From Methanomassiliicoccaceae archaeon (GTDB taxonomy: Archaea > Thermoplasmatota > Thermoplasmata > Methanomassiliicoccales > Methanomassiliicoccaceae): a DNA stretch of 64,000 nucleotides. The notes under the pieces are model-generated. The model saw only the letters and a list, made by a program, of their open reading frames with translations, was not told where the DNA came from and ran no database searches. Below, in pieces: positions 28,329 to 37,649 of the stretch (position 1 is its first letter; each line of letters starts with the position of its first letter). The translations under genes and the position numbers were made by a program. The stretch spans positions 864,001 to 928,000 of the forward strand of contig JAXGZN010000001.1 in assembly GCA_040776945.1 (NCBI GenBank), given 5' to 3'.

Positions 28329-29213
28329 ATGGAGGCGGACATCACAATCATAGGTCTGGGTCCAGCAGGACTGCAGGCCGCGATCCACGCAGCAAGAAAA
28401 AAGGTCAAGGTCGTAGCGGTGGGGAAGAGCGAAGCATCTTCCTTGAACCGCGCGGAGGTCGAGAACTATCTGGGCATCGATTCGGTGGACGGTTCGGACC
28501 TACTAAGCAAGGGAAGGGAACAGGCCAGACGATTCGGCGCCGAGCTTCTCGAGGAAGAGGTGATCAAGCTGACCAAGGATGGCGAATCATTCGTGGTCAT
28601 AACCGACCGGGAGAGGGAGATACGCTCTCGGGCATTGGTGCTTGCCGTAGGGATCTCGCGGGCCAAGCTGAACGTCCCTGGAGAGAAGGAGTTCCTTGGA
28701 AAGGGGGTCAGTTATTGCGCTTCCTGTGACGCTGGGTTCTTCAGGGGCCGTCCTGTGGCGGTGATAGGCGAGGAGAGCGAGGCCGCCGAATCCGCGGCCC
28801 TGATGGCCGAATACGCGTCCAAGGTATATTGGGTCCACCGGCAGCTCAAAGCATCAGAGCAGATGGTGAGCAAGGCCCGCAAGGCCATGGTGGAGATGGT
28901 GCAGGCGAAGCCGTCGCGCATCGTCGGTGAGCAGACGGTCACCGGCCTGGAGCTGGAGGACGGGAGGCGCCTGGACGTGAACGGCGTGTTCGTCGCCTTG
29001 GGGGCGAAAGGCTCCATAGAGCTGGCGCTGGAACTGGGGATAATCCCCGATCCCAGCGGGAAGATCCCGGTGGACGAGAACTGCCGCACCGAGATGGAGA
29101 AAGTATATGCATGCGGAGACGTGACCGGGGCCCCATGGCAGCTCGCACGCGCGGTCGGCCAGGGGTGCGTCGCCGGGGAAAATGCCGCCCGGGCGGTACG
29201 CTCGGAGAAGTGA
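28329..29213 (+). CDS. Thioredoxin reductase-like flavoprotein (CASC), NADPH motif absent
   Basis: IGLGPAGL FAD motif, GKGVSYCASCD, YACGDVTG; second Rossmann motif reads GEESEA. Confidence 0.88.
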   Translation: MEADITIIGLGPAGLQAAIHAARKKVKVVAVGKSEASSLNRAEVENYLGIDSVDGSDLLSKGREQARRFGAELLEEEVIKLTKDGESFVVITDREREIRSRALVLAVGISRAKLNVPGEKEFLGKGVSYCASCDAGFFRGRPVAVIGEESEAAESAALMAEYASKVYWVHRQLKASEQMVSKARKAMVEMVQAKPSRIVGEQTVTGLELEDGRRLDVNGVFVALGAKGSIELALELGIIPDPSGKIPVDENCRTEMEKVYACGDVTGAPWQLARAVGQGCVAGENAARAVRSEK

Positions 29214-29217
29214 CCCC

Positions 29218-29739
29218 ATGTCGCTGGAGAACGAGCTGGTGGCCGGGATCCTGCGTGAAGAGGGCGGCTTCCGCGACTCTCTTCGCAAGGTGCTGGAAGA
29301 GGACCTGAAGATGAGCATTCACGAGTTCTGCTCCCAGACCGGCCTATCTCCCTCAACGATATACAAGATCATGCAAGACCAGAGGGAGCCGAACCTGCGG
29401 ACGGTAAGGGACATCATTCGTGCGGTGCGCAGGATGGAGACCAAGCCTCACGGCAACTTCATAGCGGTCATCGCCGCCCGCCCGGTGCTGAACCGCATCG
29501 AGGAGCGGACGGTGAGGCTGGGCGAGCGTGATGTCCGGGTGAAGGAGTACCCCGCGAACAGCATGGAGGACGCCATAGTCGCGGCGGTGATGGCGGAGAA
29601 GGACGGTGCGCTGGCCATCGTCTGCGCGCCCATCGTGGCCCCGACAATACAAAAGATACTGACTATCCCGGTATCCATCGTCATCCCTCGGGAAAGCATC
29701 TTAAGGGCGATCGAGGTCGCGGTGCAGAAGACGCTCTAG
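29218..29739 (+). CDS. XRE-type HTH regulator with archaeal C-terminal sensor domain
   Basis: TGLSPSTIYKI...REPNLRT HTH; IAVIAARPVL and AIVCAPIV C-domain. Confidence 0.82.
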   Translation: MSLENELVAGILREEGGFRDSLRKVLEEDLKMSIHEFCSQTGLSPSTIYKIMQDQREPNLRTVRDIIRAVRRMETKPHGNFIAVIAARPVLNRIEERTVRLGERDVRVKEYPANSMEDAIVAAVMAEKDGALAIVCAPIVAPTIQKILTIPVSIVIPRESILRAIEVAVQKTL

Positions 29740-29778
29740 CGCTCGCGGTCAAGAGGCCCGATCATAAAGGAGAGCATC

Positions 29779-30549
29779 TCATACGCCCTGCCGCTGCAGC
29801 TCCAGCTCGTCCAGGATATCCCTTCTAAGTTTGATGAACTCTTGACTAGCGCGGTTCCGGGGGCGAGGCAGGTCGATCTTATGGACCGTCTTTATCCTTC
29901 CCGGTCGAGAGGTAAGGACGACCACGCGGTCTGCCAAGAACACGGCCTCATCGACGGAGTGGGTGATGAATACGATGGTCTTCCTCGTCTCTGACCAGAT
30001 GCGAAGAAGTTCCTTCTGCATCTGGTTCCTGGTCTGAGCGTCCAAAGCTCCGAACGGCTCGTCCATTAGCAGGATCGAAGGCTCGTTGGCCAGAGCCCTG
30101 GCGATGCCAACACGCTGCTTCATGCCGCCAGAGAGCTGGTTTGGGTGAGAGTCCTCGAAACCTTTGAGGCCCACCAGGTCGATGTATTTCTGAGAGGTCT
30201 CCTTTCGCATCTCCGGGGGCATTTTCTTGATCTCCAGGCCAAACTCCACATTTCGGCGGACCGATCTCCAGGGAAATAGCGCAAACTCCTGGAACACCAT
30301 CCCACGGTCAGGTCCCGGACCCTCTATCTCCTTCCCCTTTAGGACCATGCTGCCGGAGGACTTCGGTTCCAGGCCCGCGATTATCCTGAGCAGGGTGGTC
30401 TTCCCACACCCAGAGGGCCCCAGCACACAAACGAACTCTCCGTCTATGACATCAAGGTCAATGTCCTGAAGTGCGACCAGCTCACCCTCTCCTTTGGGGA
30501 AGACCTTGGTCATCTTCTTGATGGACAGACTTAACGCATTCCCATCCAT
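29779..30549 (-). CDS. NitT/TauT-family ABC transporter ATP-binding protein
   Basis: GPSGCGKTT, VFQEFALFPW, LSGGMKQR, MDEPFGALD. Confidence 0.95.
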   Translation of the reverse strand: MDGNALSLSIKKMTKVFPKGEGELVALQDIDLDVIDGEFVCVLGPSGCGKTTLLRIIAGLEPKSSGSMVLKGKEIEGPGPDRGMVFQEFALFPWRSVRRNVEFGLEIKKMPPEMRKETSQKYIDLVGLKGFEDSHPNQLSGGMKQRVGIARALANEPSILLMDEPFGALDAQTRNQMQKELLRIWSETRKTIVFITHSVDEAVFLADRVVVLTSRPGRIKTVHKIDLPRPRNRASQEFIKLRRDILDELELQRQGV

Positions 30550-31352
30550 ATGGAGACCCTCCTTTCGATGAATTTGCTCAAGCCTGTGGTCAGCAGGCCC
30601 AAGATGGCTATCATCAGCATGCCGGCGAACATGTACTCGTAAAGGCCAATGTCGCCGTTGCGAAGGATGATTGCACCGATGCCGCCACCCCGTGCTCCGA
30701 TCATCTCCGCCGCGACGATGCACATCCATCCTATGCCCAGACCGACGGTCACGCCGGTCATCAGATATGGGATGGTGTAAGGGAAGACGACCTTGGTGAA
30801 AATGGTCATCCGGCTGGCGCCGAGCGTTTTGGCCGCGTCAAGCAGGGCCGGCTCCACGCTCTTCACCCCGAACATCACATTGGTGACGAGGGGGAAGAAC
30901 GCCCCCAGGAAGATGGTCATGACCGGACCGATGAACAGACCGAAGGCGACAAAGAACAGCGGGACCCAGGCGATGGGAGGTATCGGACGCAAGATCTCCA
31001 CGATCGGTTTACCGAGCCCTTCGAATATGCGAGAGTAGCCCATTGCCAGGCCTAATGGGACCGCTACCAAGAGGGCCAGTCCGAAGCCGAAAGCAAAACG
31101 CCCAAGACTGGCCATGACCTGCTGCATCATGGGCAGATTGGTAGCAGGGTCTTGCTTGAACGCCTTGAAGAAAGCGTCCACCACTTCGAGGGGCGTAGGC
31201 AGGTAGGCCTTGCTCAAGACGATCGAACCGATCCACCAGATGGCGATGAACCCGATCAAGGAAGCGACGTACAGGGAATAATCGAACGCCCGCTCCCTCT
31301 TAAAGCCGAAAAAGGAATGGCCCAGGCCGCCTGGCTTTTCATTAGCCGTCAT
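30531..31352 (-). CDS. NitT/TauT-family ABC transporter permease
   Basis: LRPIPPIAWVP, DAAKTLGAS (EAA loop), GWMCIVAAEM. Confidence 0.94.
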   Translation of the reverse strand: MTANEKPGGLGHSFFGFKRERAFDYSLYVASLIGFIAIWWIGSIVLSKAYLPTPLEVVDAFFKAFKQDPATNLPMMQQVMASLGRFAFGFGLALLVAVPLGLAMGYSRIFEGLGKPIVEILRPIPPIAWVPLFFVAFGLFIGPVMTIFLGAFFPLVTNVMFGVKSVEPALLDAAKTLGASRMTIFTKVVFPYTIPYLMTGVTVGLGIGWMCIVAAEMIGARGGGIGAIILRNGDIGLYEYMFAGMLMIAILGLLTTGLSKFIERRVSIWMGMR

Positions 31353-31398
31353 CGCGTCCCCGATACTTGTTAAAAGAAGAAAAAGGTTTAGGTGGCCA

Positions 31399-32481
31399 TC
31401 AGGCCGCCGCGGTCTTGAAACCGTTCTTCTCTGCCATTGCCTGCAGCAGCAGATGTTGGATGGTGCCAAGTCCGGGGTCCCCTACGGTCTTTCCGTTAAG
31501 GTCCTCGAAGCTGTGGATGTCATTGGACACCACGAGGGCGGAACCCTCCGTGTTCGCCGCCGCCACGACCTTTACCGGTATGTTGTTGTTCAGGTGCTTC
31601 AGGATGGCAGGAGGCGAACCAAGGTAGCCGATGTCCACGGTATTGGAGGCGAAGGCATCCATCTCCGCCGGCCCAGCAGAGAACCCGCCGGCGTTTGCAG
31701 CGATGTCATTTATCCCGTACTTGTTGAACAGAGAGGTCCCACCGCCCACGGTAGCATTGGACGCTACAAGGCGAGCGAACTGGTGCAGATCCCCAGCCAG
31801 ATATCCGACCCTTACGTCGGTCATGACGGAGGTTGGCTCGACACTATCGATCGCATCGAGATAGGACTCGTCCAAGTACTTGTTGATAAAGTCATCGACC
31901 GACGAATAACCAGCGTCCTTGACCTTCTGTTCACTGGTCTGCCCAAGGGCAATGAACTCATTGGTGAAGTTCTTCATTCCGTTCCGGAACGACGAGGACA
32001 GCTGGTCAGTGAACTTTGTGTGGTTCAGCGCGGACGCCACAGTGTCATCGTTCACATTACTGAACTTAGCTCCCATGTCCAGAAGCAGCGTGTAGTTGTC
32101 ACTGCTGGGATCGGCCATCGCTTCTGCGATCCACTGGTTCGCAAGTGAGTTCGCTTTCAGGAAGGCCTTGACGACGTCAGGGTTGTTCTGGGCGAACGAA
32201 TTGCTGGCAATGATCACGCAGCAAGGATGGTCTGGCCAGATCTCATTGGACCAGTACAGCACATGTGCGTTCCCGGACATGATGGCCTGTGAGCAGTATG
32301 GTTCCCAGGCCACTCCCCCCGCGATGCTGCCTTGAGCGATGCCGTCGGCCTGCAATCTAGGAGCGACGGTCGTGAACTTTACCGTCTTTTCCGTTGAAGA
32401 CGGCATCATCGACCACGCTAGGACCGCGACCACAACGACAGCGACCACTGCAACAGCGGCGATAATGTGATTTCTCTTCAT
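31399..32481 (-). CDS. NitT/TauT-family substrate-binding protein (apparently circularly permuted)
   Basis: N-terminal TM anchor; AWEP and WPDHPCCV occur before VRVGYL..DLHQ, GPAEM, NTEGSALVV, DLNGKTV..PG.GTIQH. Confidence 0.88.
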   Translation of the reverse strand: MKRNHIIAAVAVVAVVVVAVLAWSMMPSSTEKTVKFTTVAPRLQADGIAQGSIAGGVAWEPYCSQAIMSGNAHVLYWSNEIWPDHPCCVIIASNSFAQNNPDVVKAFLKANSLANQWIAEAMADPSSDNYTLLLDMGAKFSNVNDDTVASALNHTKFTDQLSSSFRNGMKNFTNEFIALGQTSEQKVKDAGYSSVDDFINKYLDESYLDAIDSVEPTSVMTDVRVGYLAGDLHQFARLVASNATVGGGTSLFNKYGINDIAANAGGFSAGPAEMDAFASNTVDIGYLGSPPAILKHLNNNIPVKVVAAANTEGSALVVSNDIHSFEDLNGKTVGDPGLGTIQHLLLQAMAEKNGFKTAAA

Positions 32482-32667
32482 CAGAGCACCTACTACGCCT
32501 ACCGCAGTGATGATATAAATGAATTATGGATAGTTAGGTATATTCTAACCCAATTGTATAAGTTATTACGCTCGATTATACTTATGGCATCACATGAGCT
32601 GAGCGCGCCTTTTACCAGTGTTTCCGATCGAACCTTATCAAAATCATTCGCTAAAATAACTAAACAA

Positions 32668-32686
32668 AAAAAGCTATTAGCTTTTT
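32668..32686. promoter_or_regulatory. Perfect inverted repeat, candidate operator
   Basis: AAAAAGCTA-T-TAGCTTTTT, 22 nt upstream of the HTH gene start in an AT-rich divergent intergenic region. Confidence 0.5.
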
Positions 32687-32708
32687 CAACAATTGGCGCG
32701 AGACGCCC

Positions 32709-33170
32709 ATGTTCGAGCTTAACGTCGAGAGCAATACCCCCCTCACGCCGCTGAAGGACGTGAACGACATAGCGCTGCAGTTCCTCACCCATATCGGATA
32801 TCTGCCCAAGGGCTACAATCCCAAGACCAATGTGATCGATACCCTGGACAGCGTTCCGTACCGCCTGTTCATGGAGTGCTTCATGCGCAACATGAAGAGG
32901 GCATGGGTGGTGGACGAGCTGGCCGCCCACCTTGATACCACGAAGCCGACCATCTACCGGCACTTGAACAAGCTAAAGGCCATCGACATCCTGGAAGAGG
33001 TCGAGGCAGAGCGGGATGGCGTGATGAAGAAAGGCTATCGCATCCGCTACGGTGACCTGAGGAAGGCGTGGAGCTTCACCGAGGCCAATGTCGAGATGGC
33101 CATGCAGAACTACCGCCTGACGGTGGAACACTTCCAGAAGCTGATCGAAGAGGAGACGAGATGGCAATGA
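32709..33170 (+). CDS. Winged-helix transcriptional regulator
   Basis: VDELAAHLDTTKPTIYRHLNKLKAIDILEEV HTH. Confidence 0.85.
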   Translation: MFELNVESNTPLTPLKDVNDIALQFLTHIGYLPKGYNPKTNVIDTLDSVPYRLFMECFMRNMKRAWVVDELAAHLDTTKPTIYRHLNKLKAIDILEEVEAERDGVMKKGYRIRYGDLRKAWSFTEANVEMAMQNYRLTVEHFQKLIEEETRWQ

Positions 33171-33445
33171 AGGAGATCGAAGAGCTGATTACCATCGGCT
33201 CGAGATACAGGATAGCCAGCATCTACACCAAGGACAGGCCGATGATGTCGATCGGGGAGTTCCGAGGCTACGCTGCGTTCTCCAACGAGACCGCGCTCGT
33301 GCTGAAGCTGGATGGCTCGGAAGGGCAGGAAGAAGGACAGATACGGTTCCTGCCGTACCATGCTATCGTCTCCATAGACGTTCTGGAACTGGCCCCGAAG
33401 AAGAAGCAGGAGCAGAAGGACGATAACCGGGTCTATTACCGGTAG
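33161..33445 (+). CDS. Small hypothetical protein (possible Sm-like beta-barrel)
   Basis: 94 aa; GEFRGY...LVL...RFLPYHAIVSIDV pattern; overlaps the upstream stop. Confidence 0.7.
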   Translation: MAMKEIEELITIGSRYRIASIYTKDRPMMSIGEFRGYAAFSNETALVLKLDGSEGQEEGQIRFLPYHAIVSIDVLELAPKKKQEQKDDNRVYYR

Positions 33446-33459
33446 TTCAAGGGTGACGT

Positions 33460-35001
33460 TTGAGCTACCACGAGGACCTCGTCCGCTTGATGCTGGACGG
33501 GGAGGTCAAGGACAAGGACGCCCTCCAGCGGGCCAAGATCGAGCTATGCCGCAGGTATGGTTTGGTCAAGGTGCCGCCGAACTCGGAGACCCTGGCCATG
33601 GTCGCCCCTGGAGATCTGGCCAAGGTAAAGGAGATCTTGCGGCGGAAGCCCGTGCGCACATTGTCCGGCGTCGCGGTGGTCGCGGTGATGACCTCACCGG
33701 CTCCATGTCCCCATGGAAAGTGCATCTTCTGTCCAGGAGGAGTAGAGAACGATTCCCCCCAATCATACACGGGCAAGGAGCCGGCGGCGCGCCGGGGGGC
33801 GTCCTTCGGCTTCGACCCGTATGAGCAGGTCAGGGGTCGCATCGAGCAGCTGGAGGCCATCGGCCACGGGACGGACAAGATAGACCTGATAATCATGGGC
33901 GGCACCTTCACCTCCCGTCCGATGGAGTACCAGACGAGCTTCGTGCAGCGCTGCTTCGATGCCATGAACCAATCCTCGTCCATCACGCTGGAGGACGCTC
34001 AGGCCAGGAACGAGAGCGCCCCGCACCGATGTGTCGGTATGACCGTGGAGACCCGGCCGGACATGATGGCCAATGAACAGGTAGCCACGGCCATGGGTCT
34101 GGGCATGACCAGGGTGGAGATGGGGGTACAGGTCCTGGACGATGAGATATTACGGGCCGTGAACCGGGGCCACGGGCTGCAGGAGGTGATCGACGCCACC
34201 GCGGTCGCGAAGCGCGCCGGGCTCAAGGTGTGCTATCATCTCATGCCTGGCCTTCCCGGCTCCTCTCCGACGAAGGACCTGGACAGCTTCCGCAGGGTGT
34301 TCGAGGACCCCGACTTCCGGCCGGACATGCTGAAGTTGTACCCCACGTTGGTGGTCAAGGGCACGAAACTGTACGAGATGTGGCAGCACGGGGAATATAG
34401 GCCGTACACCACCGAGGAGGCCGTTGGGCTCATGGCCGAGATGAAGGAACTTGTCCCGCCATGGGCCCGCATCCAGAGGATACAAAGGGACATCCCGGTG
34501 CCGCTTATCGAGGCGGGAGTGGACAAAGGCCATCTTCGGGATATGATCAAGGAGAGGATGCGCGCCCGGGGACGCGAGTGCCGATGCATCCGTTGCCGGG
34601 AGGTCGGCCTCAAGGGAGTGAGGACGTACGATCCCGACGACGTCGAGCTGAAGGAAGAGACCTACCAGGCGTCGGGAGGGACCGAGCGCTTCATATCCTT
34701 CGAGCTGCCGGGGGAAGATGCCTTGATAGGCTATGCCCGTCTCCGGACGGGCGACGGTCCCGAGGCGATCCTTCGCGAGCTGAAGGTCTTCGGTCGCATG
34801 GTCCCTCTCCGCCGGCAGGACGGGGGCTTCCAGCACCGCGGTTTCGGGAAGGAGCTGGTGGCCCGGGCGGAGGACATCGCCACAGGAGAGGGGTGCGCCG
34901 CCATAAGGATCACCAGCGGGGTGGGGGTCCGAGAGTACTACCGCTCGCTCGGGTACGCTCGCGACGGTGTGTACATGTCCAAGTCACTTGGCCGCCCATA
35001 G
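33460..35001 (+). CDS. elp3: Elp3 tRNA uridine(34) acetyltransferase (radical SAM + GNAT)
   Basis: KPVRTLSGVAVVAVM, CPHGKCIFCPGG, ETRPD, RIQRDIP, CRCIRCRE, FQHRGFGK, SGVGVREYY. Confidence 0.96.
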   Translation: MSYHEDLVRLMLDGEVKDKDALQRAKIELCRRYGLVKVPPNSETLAMVAPGDLAKVKEILRRKPVRTLSGVAVVAVMTSPAPCPHGKCIFCPGGVENDSPQSYTGKEPAARRGASFGFDPYEQVRGRIEQLEAIGHGTDKIDLIIMGGTFTSRPMEYQTSFVQRCFDAMNQSSSITLEDAQARNESAPHRCVGMTVETRPDMMANEQVATAMGLGMTRVEMGVQVLDDEILRAVNRGHGLQEVIDATAVAKRAGLKVCYHLMPGLPGSSPTKDLDSFRRVFEDPDFRPDMLKLYPTLVVKGTKLYEMWQHGEYRPYTTEEAVGLMAEMKELVPPWARIQRIQRDIPVPLIEAGVDKGHLRDMIKERMRARGRECRCIRCREVGLKGVRTYDPDDVELKEETYQASGGTERFISFELPGEDALIGYARLRTGDGPEAILRELKVFGRMVPLRRQDGGFQHRGFGKELVARAEDIATGEGCAAIRITSGVGVREYYRSLGYARDGVYMSKSLGRP

Positions 35002-35562
35002 GTGGCAGCCTATCTGCCATGACATGCTGCCTTCCATTCACTTTCGTCCTCCTCGTGTCCTACGCGGCGGCCAATGGACAATGGTCGCCGACAGGCCGCC
35101 TCTCGTGATAATGGATATGCCCGGCCTTCATGTTCCTCTTCAGGCGCTTCACGGTGCCGTTGACGCCGAGGGCCTCGATGAGCTTGGTGAACGCCCTTCC
35201 CCGAACCATTGTCCAGCCTGATGCTGGGCAAGGCAGATCGTCCACTCTCACCATCCCCGGGCCGCGTTACGCCAGCACTCATGCATCCTGCATTGTTCCA
35301 TGCTTGAGCGGCCATCGTTCCGGCGGCCTGCGCAGGAAGCATCCTCACCGTACGTAAAAGAAGACCGGCCGCCTTACGCTGGTATGCAAGGCCTGTCCCC
35401 TCCCGTTCTGAGTGCCCGCAGGACGAGATCGTACCTCATACGCTCGATCATCCCTAGCGGTGCTCTCGTTCTCTAGCGTCCAGGACCTTTGCTGGATGAG
35501 GATGGAGGCGATGAAAAAAAATCTAAAATGGATCGTGACGGGGCGGATGCCCCGGAAGGATT

Positions 35563-35808
35563 TCAAGCGTTGGAGACCGACATCACGACGACATCGCGCA
35601 CCGCGCGCATCTCGCTGAACGGCAGGACCAGGCGGCCTTGGGCGTCGGTCTTGTACAGCCGGGTCTCTACTTCCTCGGCCGGGACCACCAGAACGTTCTG
35701 TATGTCTCCGGAGGCGGTGTTCACCAAGAAGTTCTCGATCATCCCAAGGATCTGCCCGTCGTTGGTCATGACGGTCTTTCCCTTCAGTTCAGTAATGAAT
35801 TTTCTCAT
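35563..35808 (-). CDS. PRC-barrel protein (CdpB2-like)
   Basis: ELKGKTVMTNDGQILG, GRLVLPFSEMRAVRDVVV. Confidence 0.85.
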   Translation of the reverse strand: MRKFITELKGKTVMTNDGQILGMIENFLVNTASGDIQNVLVVPAEEVETRLYKTDAQGRLVLPFSEMRAVRDVVVMSVSNA

Positions 35809-36048
35809 CCCAGCACCCTCCTATGAACATTGGTTCAGACTGGTGGAGGCAACAGGTTGAGAATATTTTAAATTATCGCGTTCCACTTTATTTTTCGCCA
35901 GCATCGGTCGGGGCCCCGCGGCTATCGGCCATGCCTCCGAGCCTCGCCGCCCGGTCCTGGCGGCCCCGCGGTTCCCAGAGCATCGAAGCGGAAGGCAAGT
36001 GTTTTTAAACGGATCAGATGTTCCATCGCCACAACGGGTTGGTCCGGT

Positions 36049-36654
36049 TTGCTAGGCCGTGAAAAATGGTCTGTACAGGAGAACGGTAGCGCGTTCGTGA
36101 ACATCCTAGGCGATTACCGGTTCATGAGCGAAGGCCACTATGGGAGCGTTGAGGCGGAGATCGCTGGAGTTAAGGTGTACCCCACGATCAAAGAGTCCCT
36201 GGACGCTTACATAGTGCCGCTGTGCATGGAGCGCGCGGAGAGGGCGGGCATACCTGTGCCCGAGCATTATATCTCGAACGACATCTTCGAGCCGCCCTGC
36301 ATAGTCTATCCCATCAACCCGTTCATGAAGCGGCATAGCGTCGTCTACAAGTCGGGACACGTCAAGCGCATCGCCAAGTCGATGACCCGGAACTTCAAGT
36401 ACGCCATATGCGTCCAGAAGATATCGGAGAACGTGGCCATACGCGAATACAAGTGCGTCATGGGCCACACCACCCGTGATGAGGTGCAGGACATCGCGGC
36501 CAAGGTCTGGGACCTCTTTCATCTTCCGATCTGCACCATCAGGGTCATCGAGAACGGCAAGGTCATGCTCAGCGCGATCGAGCCCTGTCCCCTGCAGGAG
36601 CTCGGGTCCAGGGAGCTGAAGCTCCTGAGGAAGGCGAACGAATGGCAGATATAG
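36049..36654 (+). CDS. RimK-like ATP-grasp N-terminal (RLAN) domain protein
   Basis: VNI.GDYRFMSEGHY.S..AE..G.KVYPT RLAN signature; start position uncertain. Confidence 0.72.
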   Translation: MLGREKWSVQENGSAFVNILGDYRFMSEGHYGSVEAEIAGVKVYPTIKESLDAYIVPLCMERAERAGIPVPEHYISNDIFEPPCIVYPINPFMKRHSVVYKSGHVKRIAKSMTRNFKYAICVQKISENVAIREYKCVMGHTTRDEVQDIAAKVWDLFHLPICTIRVIENGKVMLSAIEPCPLQELGSRELKLLRKANEWQI

Positions 36655-37520
36655 CCTGCTTCGTCGAGCGCTATACCGTCTCCCGGGCCGAGGAGCTTAC
36701 CGCCCTGGTGAACTTCAAGCTCGCCGCCCATGAACTGGGGCATCGCCTGGAGTACGTCTTCCGCAAGGACATCGGGAAAATAACGGACTATGATGCGCTG
36801 TTCATCCGCTCCCTGACCGATCCGCTGAACGCCGCGTACGTCGCTGCCCGGACCGCGGAGCTGCATGGCATGAAGGTCATCGATGACCCTGACTCCATCA
36901 TCATCTGCTGCGACAAGATCAACATGTATATGCACCTGATGCGCGCCCGCGTCCCCATTCCAGATACCAGGTTCATCGGGAAGAGCGAGCTAGACAGGCA
37001 GGCCATGGTCCAGCTCTTCGAGGAGCTTGGCCCCGCCCTGATCCTGAAGGCGCCGCACACCTCGTTCTCCATGCACGTGGACAAGGTAGGTTCGGTCCTC
37101 GAGTTCCAGGAGGTGGCCAGGAGGTATTTCCGGCGGGCGGACGAGATCGTCGTCCAGAGGTTCGTCCCCTCCCGGTTCGACTGGAGGGTGACCACGCTCA
37201 ACGGCGAGGTGCTGTTCGTCTGCAAGTACATCATGCCCGGCAGCTCGTGGAAGATACAGCGCAACGATAACGGGCACATCGTCTGGGCGAAGATCGAGGC
37301 CGTCGACCCGGCAACGGTCGACCCTCGACTACTGGAGATCGGGCTGGATGCGGCCAATGCCATCGGCAAGGGGTTGTACGGAGTCGACATCAAAGAGATC
37401 GATGGCGAGTATGTAGTGATCGAGGTGAACGACAACCCCAACATCGATGCCGGCGGTGAGGACGCGTGCTGCCCCAAGGTATACGAGCGCATTATAAGGT
37501 ACCTAGCCGACGAACAGTGA
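36642..37520 (+). CDS. RimK-family ATP-grasp ligase
   Basis: YDALFIR, VIDDP.SI..CCDK, ILKAP.TSFS, FDWRV, GLYGVDIKE, VIEVNDNPNID. Confidence 0.92.
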   Translation: MADIACFVERYTVSRAEELTALVNFKLAAHELGHRLEYVFRKDIGKITDYDALFIRSLTDPLNAAYVAARTAELHGMKVIDDPDSIIICCDKINMYMHLMRARVPIPDTRFIGKSELDRQAMVQLFEELGPALILKAPHTSFSMHVDKVGSVLEFQEVARRYFRRADEIVVQRFVPSRFDWRVTTLNGEVLFVCKYIMPGSSWKIQRNDNGHIVWAKIEAVDPATVDPRLLEIGLDAANAIGKGLYGVDIKEIDGEYVVIEVNDNPNIDAGGEDACCPKVYERIIRYLADEQ

Positions 37521-37649
37521 TATTGTCCGGAGGCGGCCTCCGAAGGGAAATTGTCCTCCCGGGACGTTCACCTTCTTAATGGCGTCGGTCCCCGGCCGTC
37601 AAACTGGTCGGTCAGCAGGGCATGGAGCGGCTGGCGAACGCTCGACGCA

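Noticed and set aside
35010-35560. Short minus-strand ORFs (35060-35254, 35010-35348) and a hammerhead-like CTGAGTG...CGAGA segment
   Set aside because: The ORFs have no supporting motif, and the CUGANGA/GAAA ribozyme core is not matched.
36642-36654. TAG read-through fusing RLAN to the ATP-grasp ligase
   Set aside because: The two ORFs are in different frames, so read-through would not join them.
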